Below, piece by piece: positions 24,979 to 38,576 of a stretch of DNA of 64,000 bases. A program made the translations under genes and the position numbers. The notes beneath the pieces were generated by a model. It was not told where the DNA came from and ran no database searches. It saw only the letters and a list, made by a program, of their open reading frames with translations. Position 1 is the stretch's first letter; each line of letters starts with the position of its first letter. Source of the stretch: the human T2T-CHM13v2.0 reference genome, Homo sapiens; assembly GCF_009914755.1 (NCBI RefSeq), contig NC_060932.1; one strand, given 5' to 3'.

Positions 24979-26349
24979 GTATTTACCATTACTATGCCTT
25001 GGTTTCCTTGTCCATATGATGAGAGAGAATTACTACATGATTTGTTTCTCTTCTATTTTAATATTGTACAATTGTGCATAGAAAAAATGTACACCTCCCC
25101 TTGCACATTCATAATTTTCTTAATTTAAAGTAAGTATTCTTTTCATGCCAGTCTGACCTCACACTCTATAGTGAAATCTTTAAAATCCAATTAATTACCC
25201 AAATTTACAAGTGAAAGTTTTATAGAAGCACTTTATCGGCCTCTTAAACCTCCTTAAAGTATGATGTTTAACAAAATATACTCAAACACTGCTTTCTTTC
25301 ACTAAATAAAAATGAAATTGTTTTTATAATTGTTTTATAATATTTATGTCATTATAAATTTGATAAATGGAGATTGATTTCCTCTTTTAAAGATGAAGTA
25401 TAATCCATCCTGAAATATTAATAAGAAACCTTCAGAACAATGTTAGGGTGGGGAGGGGCAGATAAGCAAGTTTTTTGTTTGTTTGCAATTATTGAAATTA
25501 TAGAGGTAGAATCCTTCCAGAGACAGAAATATAATCACAATTATCTGGCCTGTAAAGGAATTGTTTTTATTTATGTAGCCAAAGGACAGCAAATTATAGG
25601 TATTGAGAGCCCTTTTTACAGAGAATCTTCTTTTGTATATCTATAGTATTTGTTATTTACAACATTTCCCCCTTCTATCTAATATTGGAATCAGAGGCAT
25701 CCTGTTACCAATGAGAAAGTGTTTTAAAAATCAGACTATGCTCTGAAACCTGGGCTTTGATGCTTGCAAACTACAGGAGTGTGATCTGGTGTTTTGCCCT
25801 TTCTAAATCTTGATGGAAGACAATAAACCAGTTCTCTCTAAGCTACTGAGAGACATGCAGGCAGTATCTTCACGGTCAGGTCACTGCTGTGCCTTCCACA
25901 CAGCTTACTCTACCTCTGGATGGTGAGAAGATGGGATGGCACATCGTAGGCAATCAATGCACAGCGGTTTCCCCGTGCTTTCATGCTATCCCTGAAGCTA
26001 AACTGTGAACTTGTAAAAATGGAAATGGCATCTTGATTTGTGGAGTAATGTGGGGACATGGTTATAAAAATATTAACTGAAGATAGCAAACAAAAGTTTT
26101 ATAGCCATTATTTCAATTGTACGCACAAAACAAACACTGGGGAGAGGCCATTGTATGATTCTCATTAGGTGACTGTTCAGATAAGTTAAGGTACATCAAA
26201 ACAATAAAATACGATGTAGCAATTAAAATAATAATGTAGTGCTTTAATGCGTTTATATGGAATAATTTCCAAGATACGTTAAACAAAAAAGCAAGGTGCA
26301 GAAGAATGTATATAATGTGCTCCAATGTATGTAAAGATATGTACAGTAA

Positions 26350-26640
26350 GGCTGGGTGCGGTGGCTCACGCCTGTAATCCCAACACTTCGGGAGGTTGAG
26401 GCGTGCGAATCATCTCAGATCAGGAGTTCAAGACCAGCCTGGTCAACATGGCAAAACTTCTCTACTAAAAATACAAAAATTAGCCAGGTGCAGTGGCTCA
26501 TGCCTATAATCTCAGCTTTTTGGGAGGCTGAGGCAGGAGAATCACTTGAACCCGGGAGGCGGAGGTTGCAGTGAGCCGAGATCATGCCACTGTACTCCAG
26601 CCTAGGGGACTGAGTGAGACTCCATCTCAAAAAAAAAATA
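26350..26640 (+). mobile_element. AluS, full length, followed by a (TA)/(TG) microsatellite to ~26721
   Basis: GGCTGGGTGCGGTGGCTCACGCCTGTAATCCC...GAGACTCCATCTC(A)n. Confidence 0.95.
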
Positions 26641-26721
26641 CATATATGTGTACATATATGTATATATATATATATATGTGTGTGTGTCTGTGTGTGTGTA
26701 TTATATATATGTATATACATA

Positions 26722-27033
26722 CAGCAGTATCCCTATCTTCCAGGGGTACTTTCCAAGATACCCCAGTGGATGCCTGAAACCTTGGATAACACTGACCCCT
26801 GTATATCCTATGTATTTTTTCCTATCCCTACATACCTATGATAAAGTTTAATTTATAAATTAGGTACAGTAAAAGATTAAAAACAATCATAAAATAGAAA
26901 AATTATAAAAATATACTGTAAAAAATAGTCATGTGAATATGTTCTTTCTCAGTTTCTCTCAAAATGTTGTAATATTTTTGGACCTTGAATTGAAACCACA
27001 GAAAGCAAAACCATGAATAAAGGGGAATTACTG
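26722..27033 (-). mobile_element. MER44-type (TcMar-Tigger) MITE
   Basis: TA|CAGCAGTATCCCTATC...ATAAAGGGGAATTACTG|TA terminal inverted repeats with TA TSD; CATACCTATGATAAAGTTTAATTTATAAATTAGG core. Confidence 0.85.
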
Positions 27034-27518
27034 TACATGCATTTAATGGAATATGCAAATAATGATGCAAGGATCACAAACTAATAAAAACAGTTGTCTC
27101 TGTGGGAAAGAGTTTAATTTTCACCACATATGCTTTTGCATAGTTTGTTGCTTTTTAAACATGAGTACACTAATTTTAAGATAGAGAAGAGCAAATGTTT
27201 TGATGTAAAATAGAGAGGATTTATGTATTTGTAAGGCAAATCCTTGATATACTCTCCACCCAAAAACAAAACAAAAGTTGACAAAAGATCAATTTGTCAT
27301 GAATTGCTTATATCTTGTAAAACCAAAGAAAATCTATTTTTAAAAATTTCAACCCATGAATGCATTAATTTAAAACAGAGCTATAAATGCAGAACAGACA
27401 GAGTCAAAGTGTATTGCTAAAAGGATTGCCAGATAAAATATAGTATTTTTATTTTCTAACTCGGTCAGTGCTAATTGCTGGAAGGTGAAAAATCTTCTCA
27501 ATTCTTAAGATTATAGAG

Positions 27519-27990
27519 GCCATTTTATACATACATACATATATATACACACACATAAAACTATATATATAAATCTTAATGTTTGCATTGAATATATATA
27601 GCCATTATTTACATAATTATATATAATGTAATATATATTTGCCATTATATATATATATGAATGGCATATATATATGTCATTTGCCATTATGTATATATAT
27701 AAACTGGCCATTTATTTGGCCATTATTTGCCATTTTATACATATATATGCCATTTATTTGACCGTTATTTGCCATTTTATATAAAATGGCTATACATAAA
27801 TCTATAAAATGGCAATATATATATTCAATTTCAAACATACATAGAATACATTGAATATATAATTGAATATGTATTGAATACAGATATAGAATATATATTT
27901 ATATATAAAGGCAGTATATATTTAATATACATTGAACATATACATTGAATATTTATATAGCCATTGTATATCATTATAATGACTACATAT
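27519..27990. repeat. AT-rich low-complexity repeat with recurring (TTT)GCCATT units
   Basis: Many GCCATT/AATGGC copies among (TA)n; perfect palindrome at 27771-27790. Confidence 0.85.
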
Positions 27991-29617
27991 AGTCAATGTC
28001 AAACATTAAGATGTTTTCAGGTAGTCCATTTTCTATTATTGTTTAGATAAAATACACTATGCTATTTTATTTGGAGTTTTGAAATGATGTTTTTGAAGTT
28101 AGACAAAAATAATAATAAAAGGTTCTCCCAGGTTTAAGGCATTAAAAGTTTATCCAACATGTAATCTGGCTACAATCTATCTTTTCAAATTTATATTCCC
28201 ATATTTTCTTATTATCCCACTATGTTACCAACAAATTAATTCTTCCTATGGTTTAGCAAACATGCCTTACCTGCTGAATACTCATTCAGCGCTGACTTTT
28301 ATACCTTTCTACCCATGTTAAAGGGGCTCATGGATCTGAAATGTCAAGAGTCATTTTACTCTAACTGCTTCAGTTGAAAGGTTCTCTTCCTTCTGTGATC
28401 TCATTTGCAGAGTGCTTGTTTTACAATGTATTCTATTACTGCAATGTGTGCACATGGATAAATAGAAGCACCATGAAAGTAGGAAGCAATCATTTCATCC
28501 AAATCTTTAATTGCTACATGTGTTCCAGCAGCCTGGCCTAGTATCTTCACAGAGGTTATAACCAACAGAGTCCAATAGATGTGTACGTGAATGGTAATGG
28601 ATAGTTTAGTTCCTCTGAAGGTTAAATTCCAGTCAACTTTGAACCTTTAAAGAAATCGCTACCTCAACTCAACATATAGTAATACCTATTTATAGTTTAA
28701 AATAGTCATTATATTGATCTTCAACCATATTCTTTCCAGGCTAAAGTAAAAGTTAAATTCCATGTGCTTTACTTAATATTTCTATTTTATTTTCTAATTC
28801 CTTAATAATTCTTGCACTGCTTTTACCAGCCTCCAAGTTATTCAATTGTTCTTTAGGCTGTGGAGTGCAGAGGGGGCATTATATTCTAGTGAATTAGGTC
28901 AGTGATGAATGATTTACTTCTTCATGTTCAACGACTTTTGAGTCTTCCCAGTATAATGTTTTACAAAATAGCATATTAATTAACTTTTAGACCTATACAT
29001 AGTCATTTCCTATATTTGAACAACTTGTTTCTCTTTTAAGTAGTCCTTATTAAGTGATTCTTGCAAATTAATTTAGTCCCTTCTTTTAGCAAGGACATTT
29101 TGATTGCTATTTCTAACTACAAGGGGCTATTTCCCTATTACATTGAAGCTATTGTAAAACAGTCATGGTCCGCAATTCGTCCTACCTTTCAGTCAATTAT
29201 GTTTAAAACAACGATGCTCAAATCCTAGGCTGGTGCTGCTTCATGATGAAGTGTTCACTCTTCCATAGACAGGTAAATAATAGATGCATTGTAATTAGTT
29301 TTTTAAATGAAGCTTGATAAAGTTTTTTCTCACTTTTATATCTTAAAGTATTTCTCTCATATACTGGGTAACAGATGGTAGTAATTATTTTTTAACTAAC
29401 ACTAAAACATTGGACACTTTATGCCAGACCCTTCTTTGATTTTTAAAAATATTCTTCCATGGAATACCAATTTGGGAAACCACTAAGTTAACAGTATCCA
29501 TAGAAGTTGTAATAAGAATGGCTAACACCCAAAAGTTAATTACTATGTGCAAAGGACTGCTCAAAGAACTTTAGCTATATTAATTCAATGTAACAACTCT
29601 CTGAGAAACTTGCCATT

Positions 29618-30005
29618 TAATATGGTTTAGCTCTGTGTCCCCACCCAAGTCTCATGTTGATTGTAATCCCCAGTTTCAGGGGAGGGACCCGGTGGGAGGT
29701 GACTGCATCCTGGGGGGCGGACTTCCCCCCTTGCTGTTTTCATCATAATGAGTCAGTTCTCACCAGATCTGGTTGTCTGAAAGGGTGGAGCATTTTTCCC
29801 CTTCACTCTCTCTTTCTCCAGCCAGCCATGTGAAGATGCACCTGCTTCCCCTCCACCTTCTGTCATGATTGTAAGTTTCCTGAGCTATCCCCGGAGGCAG
29901 AATCCTATAGAGCCCACAGAACGATGAGCCCATTAAAACTCTTTTCTTTGTAAATTACCCAATCTCAGGTATGTCTTTATAGCAGTGTGAGAACAGACTA
30001 ATACA
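29618..30005 (+). mobile_element. MSTA-type MaLR solo LTR inserted in a MIR
   Basis: TAATATGGTTTAGCTCTGTGTCCCCACCCAA...CAGACTAATACA; 5-bp TSD CCATT (29613-17, 30006-10); MIR-like flanks at 29505-29612 and 30011-30150. Confidence 0.92.
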
Positions 30006-31576
30006 CCATTATTATTCAAATGTTCATGATGAGAAAACTGAAATATAGAGAAGTTAAAAAACACTTCCAAAGTCACACAGCTGCCAAATGAAGGAGCTGG
30101 AATTAACACAGGAAAGGTCCTTCAGAGCTCATGCTCCTAACTTCAGTGCTAACCGGCAACTCATGTTAGATATTAAGCCATTTTTATGCCCTGATACTAA
30201 AATCGAGCTGCTAAACTGCTTTAATTCTACCACATAGGCATTTGATAATGTTTTCCTACATTTTTTTCATATTTTGAAATCGTTGAGGTAGGATAGAATC
30301 TAAAGTCACAATAGATTTCAACCAGTGTCCCTAATGAACACATTTCCCTCACATCGTGTAGCATTCTCTCACTTCTGGCACGGCATGTTGATTTTTAAGA
30401 TAATTCCTTTGGGAGTTCTCTCAACGTGCAAGAAACAGAATTGCAACTAGTCTGTGGAAAATCAGAAGTTTATCCTAGGGCCCTAAAATTTAGAGCACAT
30501 AAGCTTTGAAAATAACAATTTTTTAAGGTTGCCATGTCATTAGCAGAGGTCATGAATTAAAATAGGAGCATTAGTGCCACATCAAAGATGACTGAGCAAC
30601 TCCACCCCCAATGTAAGCACAAAATATAAAGATATAATTAAGAAAAAAAAATTAAGCAAGCTAAAAAGAAAAAATCAGTGCTAGGAAATAAAAATAAGAA
30701 ACAGCCAGAGTAGTAAGTAACCAAGCTCCTATCCTTGGGGTCAAGGAGGATCCTATTAGATTTAGGCCCTAACACATAGTGATTGTTATTTTAAAGGTCA
30801 TGTAGGGATAAAAGAGAAAACACACATCTTGAGTCTGAGGTGAGGCAGGGAGCATAAAGCTGGAACCCTTGTAGTCCAGATCCATTATCACTCTAGAAAA
30901 CTAATAGCTCAGGGAAGTAGATGGGGACCTATCTCTGCCTGGGACTCTGTATGGAAGAAAAAGATAAAGTCAGTTGAAAATAAATTAAAATGCAAAGCCT
31001 ATACCATGCAAGTATGTGGAGTTTGAATTTCTATTGCTCAAAATATGGTTATCTGAGACTGAGAAATTAAGATAAAACTGCCATCAAAATATGAAAGCTT
31101 TTATTCATTCGGGACTTCAACGTTAACCATCCACATCTTATTCCAAGGGACTTAGGGTGGGAAGGGTGAATGAATCAACTCTACTAGAAAATGAATCCAC
31201 AATAAAAAGAATCATAAGCTATACGATAAGACAGACTTATAATAACTTGAGACAAATAATTTGAAAGATGATACTATACAAATATTAATGAAAGAAATAA
31301 AAATGAAATAGAAACCTTAATAAAATGACAGCTCACTGTGAAGAATAGAATGTCTAGAAAAAAAATACTGAAATTTAAAATTCAATGAATGATTTAAACA
31401 CCATATTAAATACAGCTAAAAAGTTAATTTGTGCTGGAAGGTTTGTCTGTGAAATTTACCTAGAATGAGATAAGAAAAATTTGAGAAAATTTGAGGTTGT
31501 AAAGGACAGAATAAGCAAATCCAATATATATTTAACAGACGGCTGAAAAGAAGTAATTATAAAAGATGTGAGAGGA

Positions 31577-31884
31577 GGCCAAGTGCAGTGGCTCACGCCT
31601 GTTATCTCAGCACTTCAGGAGGTCAAGGCGGGTGGATCACTTGAGGCCAGGTGTTCAAGACCAGCCTGGGTAACATGGCAAAAACCCATATCTACTAAAA
31701 ATACAAAAAATTAGCCAGGTGTGGTGGCACACCCCTGTAATCCCAGCTACTTGAGAGGCTGAGGCACAAGAATCACTTGAACTTGGGAGGCAGAGGTTTC
31801 AGTGAGCTGATATTATGCCACAGCACTCCAGCTGAGTGACAGAGTGACACTGTCTCAAAAAAATAAAAATAAAATAAAATAAAA
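31577..31884 (+). mobile_element. AluS-like, full length
   Basis: GGCCAAGTGCAGTGGCTCACGCCTG...GTGACAGAGTGACACTGTCTC followed by an (AAAAT)n tail; flanking GAGAGGA repeat. Confidence 0.93.
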
Positions 31885-32059
31885 GGAGAGGAAATATTCA
31901 AAGACACAAAAAACTTTAGATTTCCACACAGATAGAATCATACCAATCCAAGTGTTATATAAGTAAAAACAAATCTACACTCAGATATATCTAGTGAAAC
32001 TGAACAAAACAAAGATACTCATCATCAGTAGCAGAAGCAATAACAGAAAAACAATTTTA

Positions 32060-32165
32060 GCGTGTAATGCCAGATACTCAGAAAGCTGGGATGGGAGGAT
32101 ACTTTCAGCCCAGAGTTTTGAGACCAGCTTGGGAAACACAGCAAGACCCTGTCTCAAAAAAAGGA
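32060..32165 (+). mobile_element. Free Alu monomer (FLAM/FAM-like)
   Basis: TGTAATGCCAGATACTCAG...GGGAGGAT...GAGACCAGCTTGGGAAACACAGCAAGACCCTGTCTC(A)n. Confidence 0.8.
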
Positions 32166-32759
32166 AAGACAGTAAAAAATAAAAAGACATAATAATTCTA
32201 AACTCCCAAGAGCAAATGACTATCAAATAATAACTTTATACCCAGATAGACTACCATTCAAAGTTAAAAACATTTTCATACAAAAGGAACAATTTTATAC
32301 TCATACCATCATTAAAATTACTAACATATGTACATCATTAATTTAAAGGGAAAAAAACAGAAGGGGTGGGATGTATAATGCTATACTGAGCAAAAACCAA
32401 AGCTAAATCTAAATAAACACAGATTAAAAAGTAAAAACAGTAAAAGTAAAAATCATGTATTTTTAAAATTTAAAGAGTTGAAACTATACAACAATTAGAT
32501 GAAAGATGGAATAAGAGTAGAGGTATTAAATTTACGGTCCTTTTGTTGTGTTCTCTGATTTGTTTTTCACTGCTGTATCCTCAGTACCAAGGACACAGTA
32601 GATGCTCAATAAGTATCTTTTGAATAGATCACTGAACCAAAATTCCATAGTTAAAGGTGACTATAGACATGATCTTCAATTGCATTCCTCATACTCTGAG
32701 CACAGCATGTGGTTTGCTCAGGGATCATCTAGAGTGTGCCCATGCATGTGGTCTTTGTA

Positions 32760-33259
32760 GGCAGCTGAATTCCTAAAAGTGTGATGGCCTTTGAGGTTCA
32801 CCCTTCTGATCTGCCTTGAAGGGAACATGCTGCACCTGCAGAGTCAACTGACGACCTCCAGCTGCTGCCCCTTCCGATCACCTGTAGCTTTAACGCTGAG
32901 GCTGTGCTCCATAGCCTGCTCCCAGTCATAACTGAACACAGCAAGCAGAGGTACCACAGCATGGCAGGTCTGCCCAAGGCGGAACTCCTCACAGGGGAAA
33001 CTTTGCTGTGGGGCATCCCCGCAGCCTGGCCAAGCTTTTCTGAACCTAACTATAGACCCAGGCTCTTTCTACCTGATCCTTCTTCTTTCCCTCTCCTATC
33101 AAAGGTATTAGACATGCATTGAGGTCTAAGAGCTCTCTCTGCCTTCTCTTTCCTCTTCCCACTCCCTTTTAGTCTTCACAGTGACTTCTACCGATAAATC
33201 TCTTTTATAACCAAGTTTGTCTTGATATCTGTGTGCATCTTAGAGGACTCACACTGACA
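32760..33259 (+). mobile_element. Old ERVL LTR (LTR33-like)
   Basis: GC-richer block ending ...GATAAATCTCTT...TGCATCTTAGAGGACTCACACTGACA. Confidence 0.45.
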
Positions 33260-36008
33260 TATAAGGCAGAAGAGTTTCTTCTCTGGAGACAGAGGGGACC
33301 AGGATGAATAGGATGGTCCCTTCATCTGAAGGAACAGCAGTCATGAATTAACTGGGTATACTCAGGGTGTAGACTTCCTGGAGTGGGAAACCTGCAGCAT
33401 ACCTCTTATACATGCTTTGTACCTCGACTTTAGCAGAGCTGAGACATCCTGATAAACAACCAAGTTTCAGGGCTATGATTTTCTTACGTACTCAGTCTGT
33501 GTTCTAACTTGGGAAGGCGGTTCAGGCCTAAGAACTTTAAAGTCAATTATCATTCTACTTTATGGCAGTAAGCTATATTACCTGAAAACTCTCATAGACT
33601 GACATACTTCTCACTTTTTAAGATTGTTGGAGACAGGTCAAGTTTTCTGGCGTTTTCTAAACCTCACCATCCTTTTGGTGAAATCATCATATTTGTGAGT
33701 TATCCATAAATCACAGTAACATCTAAATTTATGAGCCTTACACAGTGATACATTCATTCAGTGCTGTGGTTACATTTGGACCACACACTACCTCTGATAC
33801 TTTCAATTGAAATTTCCCATTTCTGAACACAACCTCTGATACCTCCAGCTTGCATCATAACGTCATTATGTCACTGAAACTGTTTTTGTCTTTTTATTAC
33901 TTCTTGCCATGCACTCTTCTATATGCATTCTATGTATCCATTCCCTACTATCCTCACTTCCCACTATAGCCAGCCTATATGCTATGATGGATCATTTTTA
34001 TATTTTTAATTCTTTATTTCCTTGAAACGTACTGTAAACAACCAAGTAATGAAGTAACACAATGTCAGTAGATAGAGCTAAAAATATGGGATTTGCGCGG
34101 GGGGGCGGATTTTTTTTCTTATTACAATGAGGCCCAGCATCATAAGCATTCAGTGGGTCGTAATAGTCACCGGCATAGGTCTCGTCCTTTATAAAAATAA
34201 ATGATTATTTGTCATTGTTCACTACCCAAAGCAATATTACTTTGTTGCATGTATATTTATATGTTGCACTGACACTTATCTTTATTGAAAGGCTATTATA
34301 TTTTAGAGTCTAGTGAAAAGTCATGTGGAAAAAAGTCTTCAAGTTGTTTCTAAGTTGTAATTTGCTTAAATATTTTTAGCAGTTCTTTCAATTCTTGATT
34401 TTCTATCTACCATGTTATAATATGCCAGCTTTAGTTTTAAATTTTAACTCAATCTTTAGTATAGATTGAATTACTTAAAATAAATCACTGAAAAGCTTAC
34501 CTTTTTTTTTAATCATTCTTTCTTTCACACACTTTGTTAAAGTCCCAAAAGTTGTTTTGACATTTTTATAGTTTTATTTCTCTCTGGTGCATTATTGGAG
34601 CCACAAGGATTGAAAAACTGTGAGTAAAGATCTCTCTTGTACTATTTCTTATATGACAAAGATTAAAACATTATCCAAGATAATTCAATTTTAATTTATA
34701 TACATTTCTAAACTAGTTCAGAAAACGAGAAAACCATAGAAAATGTGTGGTTACTAAAGCTACTCATCTTAACTTCTTTAAGGTTATTTTATCACATATT
34801 GACACACATCATTGCTGGAGTTATTAATAAAAATCAGTTTCGTAAAGTCAAGATAACGTAACAATGGAATGATTTTAGGTACATAAATTATCCAGAATTC
34901 ATGAACTATGGAAACCAGACCTTTGTGCTCTGCCTTTTCTGACTAATTCACAATAAATAGAGTATCTATTGCTCTGGCTCCTTATGTCCCCTGCTCAGTC
35001 TTAAATAGCTAGCCTGGGAATTAGAAGACTTTTTATTTTCTATCAATGTCAGAAAACTCTTTTTTTTTTTTTGGTCTACAAATTATAAAGTTAAATTATA
35101 AAGTTAGTCCAATAACTTCTATAAAGGTTATTGGTAACACTAATAGATACATGAAAACTTTTCTATTTTCTTCATAAAGAATCCATACATGGTGGAAAAA
35201 ACCAGTAATAGTTTTAGAAATAAGAAGAAAATAACAACTTTAATATTTATTTTGGTAACTTAGTGATTTTTTTTTTGCAAATCTTCCTTTAGTAGAGGAA
35301 TTATATCCTTATTAAATAAAATAAAGCTGGGGCTCATAGTCAAAGGCAAAACACCTTGCATAAAGAAGGTTACATACACATACAAAAGAAACACTTAAAA
35401 AATCAAGTCTTGTTCCAATTTGTTTAGCCAAGAAACATGTGGAACCCAGACTCTAATTTATAAATTAATTCATATTATCCTTTGACTCTCATGCCTAAAA
35501 TCACCCATTTTTAAAGAGGAAAAAGTATGCATTCTGTTGCATTTTCTTCACTATTTGATAGATAACTAAAATAATGTATTAAAAATAGATATTAAGTAAA
35601 ACCTGTCACTGAAATATAGTTATTACATACACAAAAAAATAAAAGAAAAATAAATAAATTCTGTTATCCCAAATAACTGCCTGAGTGGCATGATGGGCTG
35701 TGAATGTTTTGAGGCCAAAAGAACACACAAACATTCTTTTTCCACTTCTACTGCATTTTTATATTTCAAATGCACAGAGTGAATCCCTGCTCAGAAAATC
35801 ACCAGTCCAGAGTACACAAAACCCAGATGTACTTACCACATAGACCTACTCCTGACTCTGGACATGTTATTTTAATCGCAAAATAAATAAACTAAAAGTC
35901 TCTCTATTGCAAAAGCCTGACAGAGTCATGTCCGAAGAGCCTAAAAAATGGTCACTAGATTTAAGAAAAGTGGTAGATCATATGATGTTTGGCTAATCTA
36001 AGTAACAA

Positions 36009-36010
<2 letters not shown>

Positions 36011-36046
<36 letters not shown>
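36011..36046. repeat. (TG)18 microsatellite
   Basis: Direct count. Confidence 0.97.
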
Positions 36047-36047
<1 letters not shown>

Positions 36048-36604
36048 ATGTGAGAAATCCTCAGAAGCAGCAATTATAAAAGCAAAAGTTTTAAAATGCA
36101 ATTATGGGCACATGCATTTCTAGAGTAATTATGTCTTCTATTTATATGAAAATCTAAACTTACATGAGCCAGGTTAACAATATGTTTAGTAAATTTTCAA
36201 AAATTTTATAGAGAAAAATACGTGGGAAAATTCTTGTACTTTCTATTTTGTAAGTTTAGCATGGTATATTTAAACTTTTGCTTCACTATTTTGTCACCTA
36301 AAAAATAAGTCAATTATGCATTAATTTTATCTAGTACAAATTAGTTTATAAATATGTGTGGGAGCATATACATACACATATGTATAAATAGCCACATCAC
36401 ACTTGCTATGAATTACCCTTTCCCTGTTTCATAAAAATTATTGTCTCATACTGTGTAAAATCCAGCTGGAAAGTCAGTCTGAGATTTCAGTGACCAGGTA
36501 ATCTCAACAGAGTATCACCCGGAGACAGTGAGTAACTTTGTGCCAAAAATAGCACTTGATCTCCTGCATCTGCGTCCATCACCTTTGTCCCTGGCTATTA
36601 TTAA

Positions 36605-36745
36605 CCCATTTATGCCAGAGGTTGCCATTTTTTGAACTTTTACATGAGTGAAAAAATCAGACCTTGGTAATAACCTTGAGCAGCAGGATATAAAAAACTC
36701 TCACATTCTTAGCGCTCCAATAATGGAACACTAGGCATAAGTGGG
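36605..36745 (-). mobile_element. MER85 piggyBac (PGBD3-derived) MITE
   Basis: 141 bp; TTAA|CCCATTTATGCC...GGCATAAGTGGG terminal inverted repeats; internal palindrome G(C)TCCAATAATGGAAC; AAAATCAGACCTTGG...CCTTGAGCAG..GGATATAAA core. Confidence 0.92.
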
Positions 36746-36949
36746 TCAGTTCTTCCTAAACTTTACCTTATCACTTATTTTCTTTCCACTGAATGTGAAC
36801 CTAAGTTGGTAAATGACTAAGTTGCCATGTTTAGTGGTAGATACAGACTTTGGGTTGTTAACTAGATGTATGGGGAGCTGGTTTTAATCAAGGAAGGGGA
36901 CTGGTATTTCATAAATATGACTGGTATTAATTTAAGCTAAAGGCTGGTA

Positions 36950-37210
36950 AATAATACTAGTAGGTGCTATGTAAATATTTGCTATATGCCATGTACTGTC
37001 ATAAGTGTCCTGCCTGTATCAACTAATTTAATACCTCAACTATGAGGTAGATAATATTACCGCCATCTGAAGATGAGGAAATAGAAGAACAGAGAGAGTA
37101 AGTAAGTAAGTTGAGCAAGGACGTGCAGCAAATAAATAGTGGATCTTGAAATTAAACACAAGCAGATCAACTCTAGAATCCATGCTCTTAACTACACTAC
37201 ACTGTCTCTC
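36950..37210 (-). mobile_element. MIR SINE
   Basis: CTATGAGGTAGATAATATT...AGATGAGGAAA...CTCTAGAATCCATGCTCTTAACTACAC, the MIR core in reverse. Confidence 0.8.
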
Positions 37211-37957
37211 AAAATGAAACATCCGTGGAGGTTTTCAGCATAAAAGCTGTCAGAGAAAGTTCTTGGTGGATTTACAGCTCAAAAATATTATCGCAAATTA
37301 AATTTTTGACACCCCTCACCATCCAATCTCCAATACCTAGGCACCACCTCAGTCTTCTTGACATTCGGGATGCCTCTGGACCCAAATAGGGACCAATTCA
37401 GAAACAGGCCGTACCCTCCTTTACCCAAGAAACACCTGTAGCCCTAAGTGAATCCACATGTTTCCTGTGATTATGGAATTCAATTCCAGGTTTTCTCTCC
37501 TATTTATTTTTCTATAATCCAATTCAATTTTAAAAGGTAAAATGGGACTGGAATAGAGGCCAGTACTCAAATGCACAACTAGCTTGTTATCACTGTATTT
37601 AAAGACTTAAAACTTTGCAAATTATCATTAGCTTTTCCTTTTAAAGTTCTAGAGGAAAACAATACAAACCTTGGGGGAAATACATGAAATTTATATTGAG
37701 CAAAGTTCTCTACTCCTATGATTTACTTAGCTATTTTATTTAAAAATATTTTAGGACAATTATAATATTTTGAAATTTACATGTTTATTATGTGTAATAG
37801 GTTAAAAGTAGTGTTTTCAGTTATTAATCAATTAGTTTTGGTTTTTATTTGGAAAGCCATTTTGCCTAGTTCTATGTTGTACATTTTTGTGTATCACAAA
37901 TAAAGTCAAACTATCTCTTCCTATATATTATCTGAAGCAATACCATATTGACATGTC

Positions 37958-38183
37958 ATGACAAACATGAGACATCGTGAGGCACTGTTTCTACAAAAAA
38001 AAAAAAAAGATTTTTAAATTAGCTGGGCATGGTGAGTGCACCTTGTGCTTCCACCTACATGGGTGGCTGAGATGGGAGGATTGCTGGAACCCAGGAGATA
38101 GAGGCTGCACAGTGAGCCATGTTCATGCCACTGCACTCCATCCTGGGTGACAGAGTGAGATGCTGTCTCAAAACAAACAAAAT
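37958..38183 (+). mobile_element. AluJ, 5'-truncated
   Basis: TCTACAAAAA...TTAGCTGGGCATGGTG...GGGAGGATTGCTGGAACCCAGGAG...GTGACAGAGTGAGATGCTGTCTC. Confidence 0.88.
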
Positions 38184-38289
38184 AGACCTAACTCAGCCTT
38201 TAAGATCTTTACCATATAATAGAGAAATAGGATAAAGTGAATATTTTGAAGTTCAAACAATAGTAGAAATCAGCCGTAATTCACCTATT

Positions 38290-38576
38290 AGGTTTGCTGT
38301 GGAGAAAGTGCAAAAGCTCATAACTAATGACCAGATGATGGGGAAGGAAAAATTCTGGCTCAGGTTGCTTATTTCAGGCATCTGGGAGGAACAATCCCCA
38401 CCTTAGAGCTCTTCCTGGGATTTAATATGGCCCCTGTGGCAAATGCATTACAATTCACCTTCTCCCTCCACACCCTGCTTCCTAATTCCTCACAGGAATT
38501 GTTCCCCAGATCACTTTCCAAAAAACATCCTGCATGCATTTCTCAGTCTGTTTCCCAAGGAATCTGAACTATGACA
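38290..38576 (+). mobile_element. Old ERVL LTR fragment (LTR16-like)
   Basis: Ends ...TCTCAGTCTGTTTCCCAAGGAATCTGAACTATGACA. Confidence 0.45.

Larger units (their letters stand above)
30530..32520 (+). mobile_element. Old L1M 5'/ORF1-region remnants
   Basis: A-rich degenerate L1 ORF1-like motifs (AAAAATTCAATGAATGATTTAAACA..., TCTACAC...ATATCTAGTGAAACTG, TTTATACCCAG...CTACCATTCAA). Confidence 0.5.
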
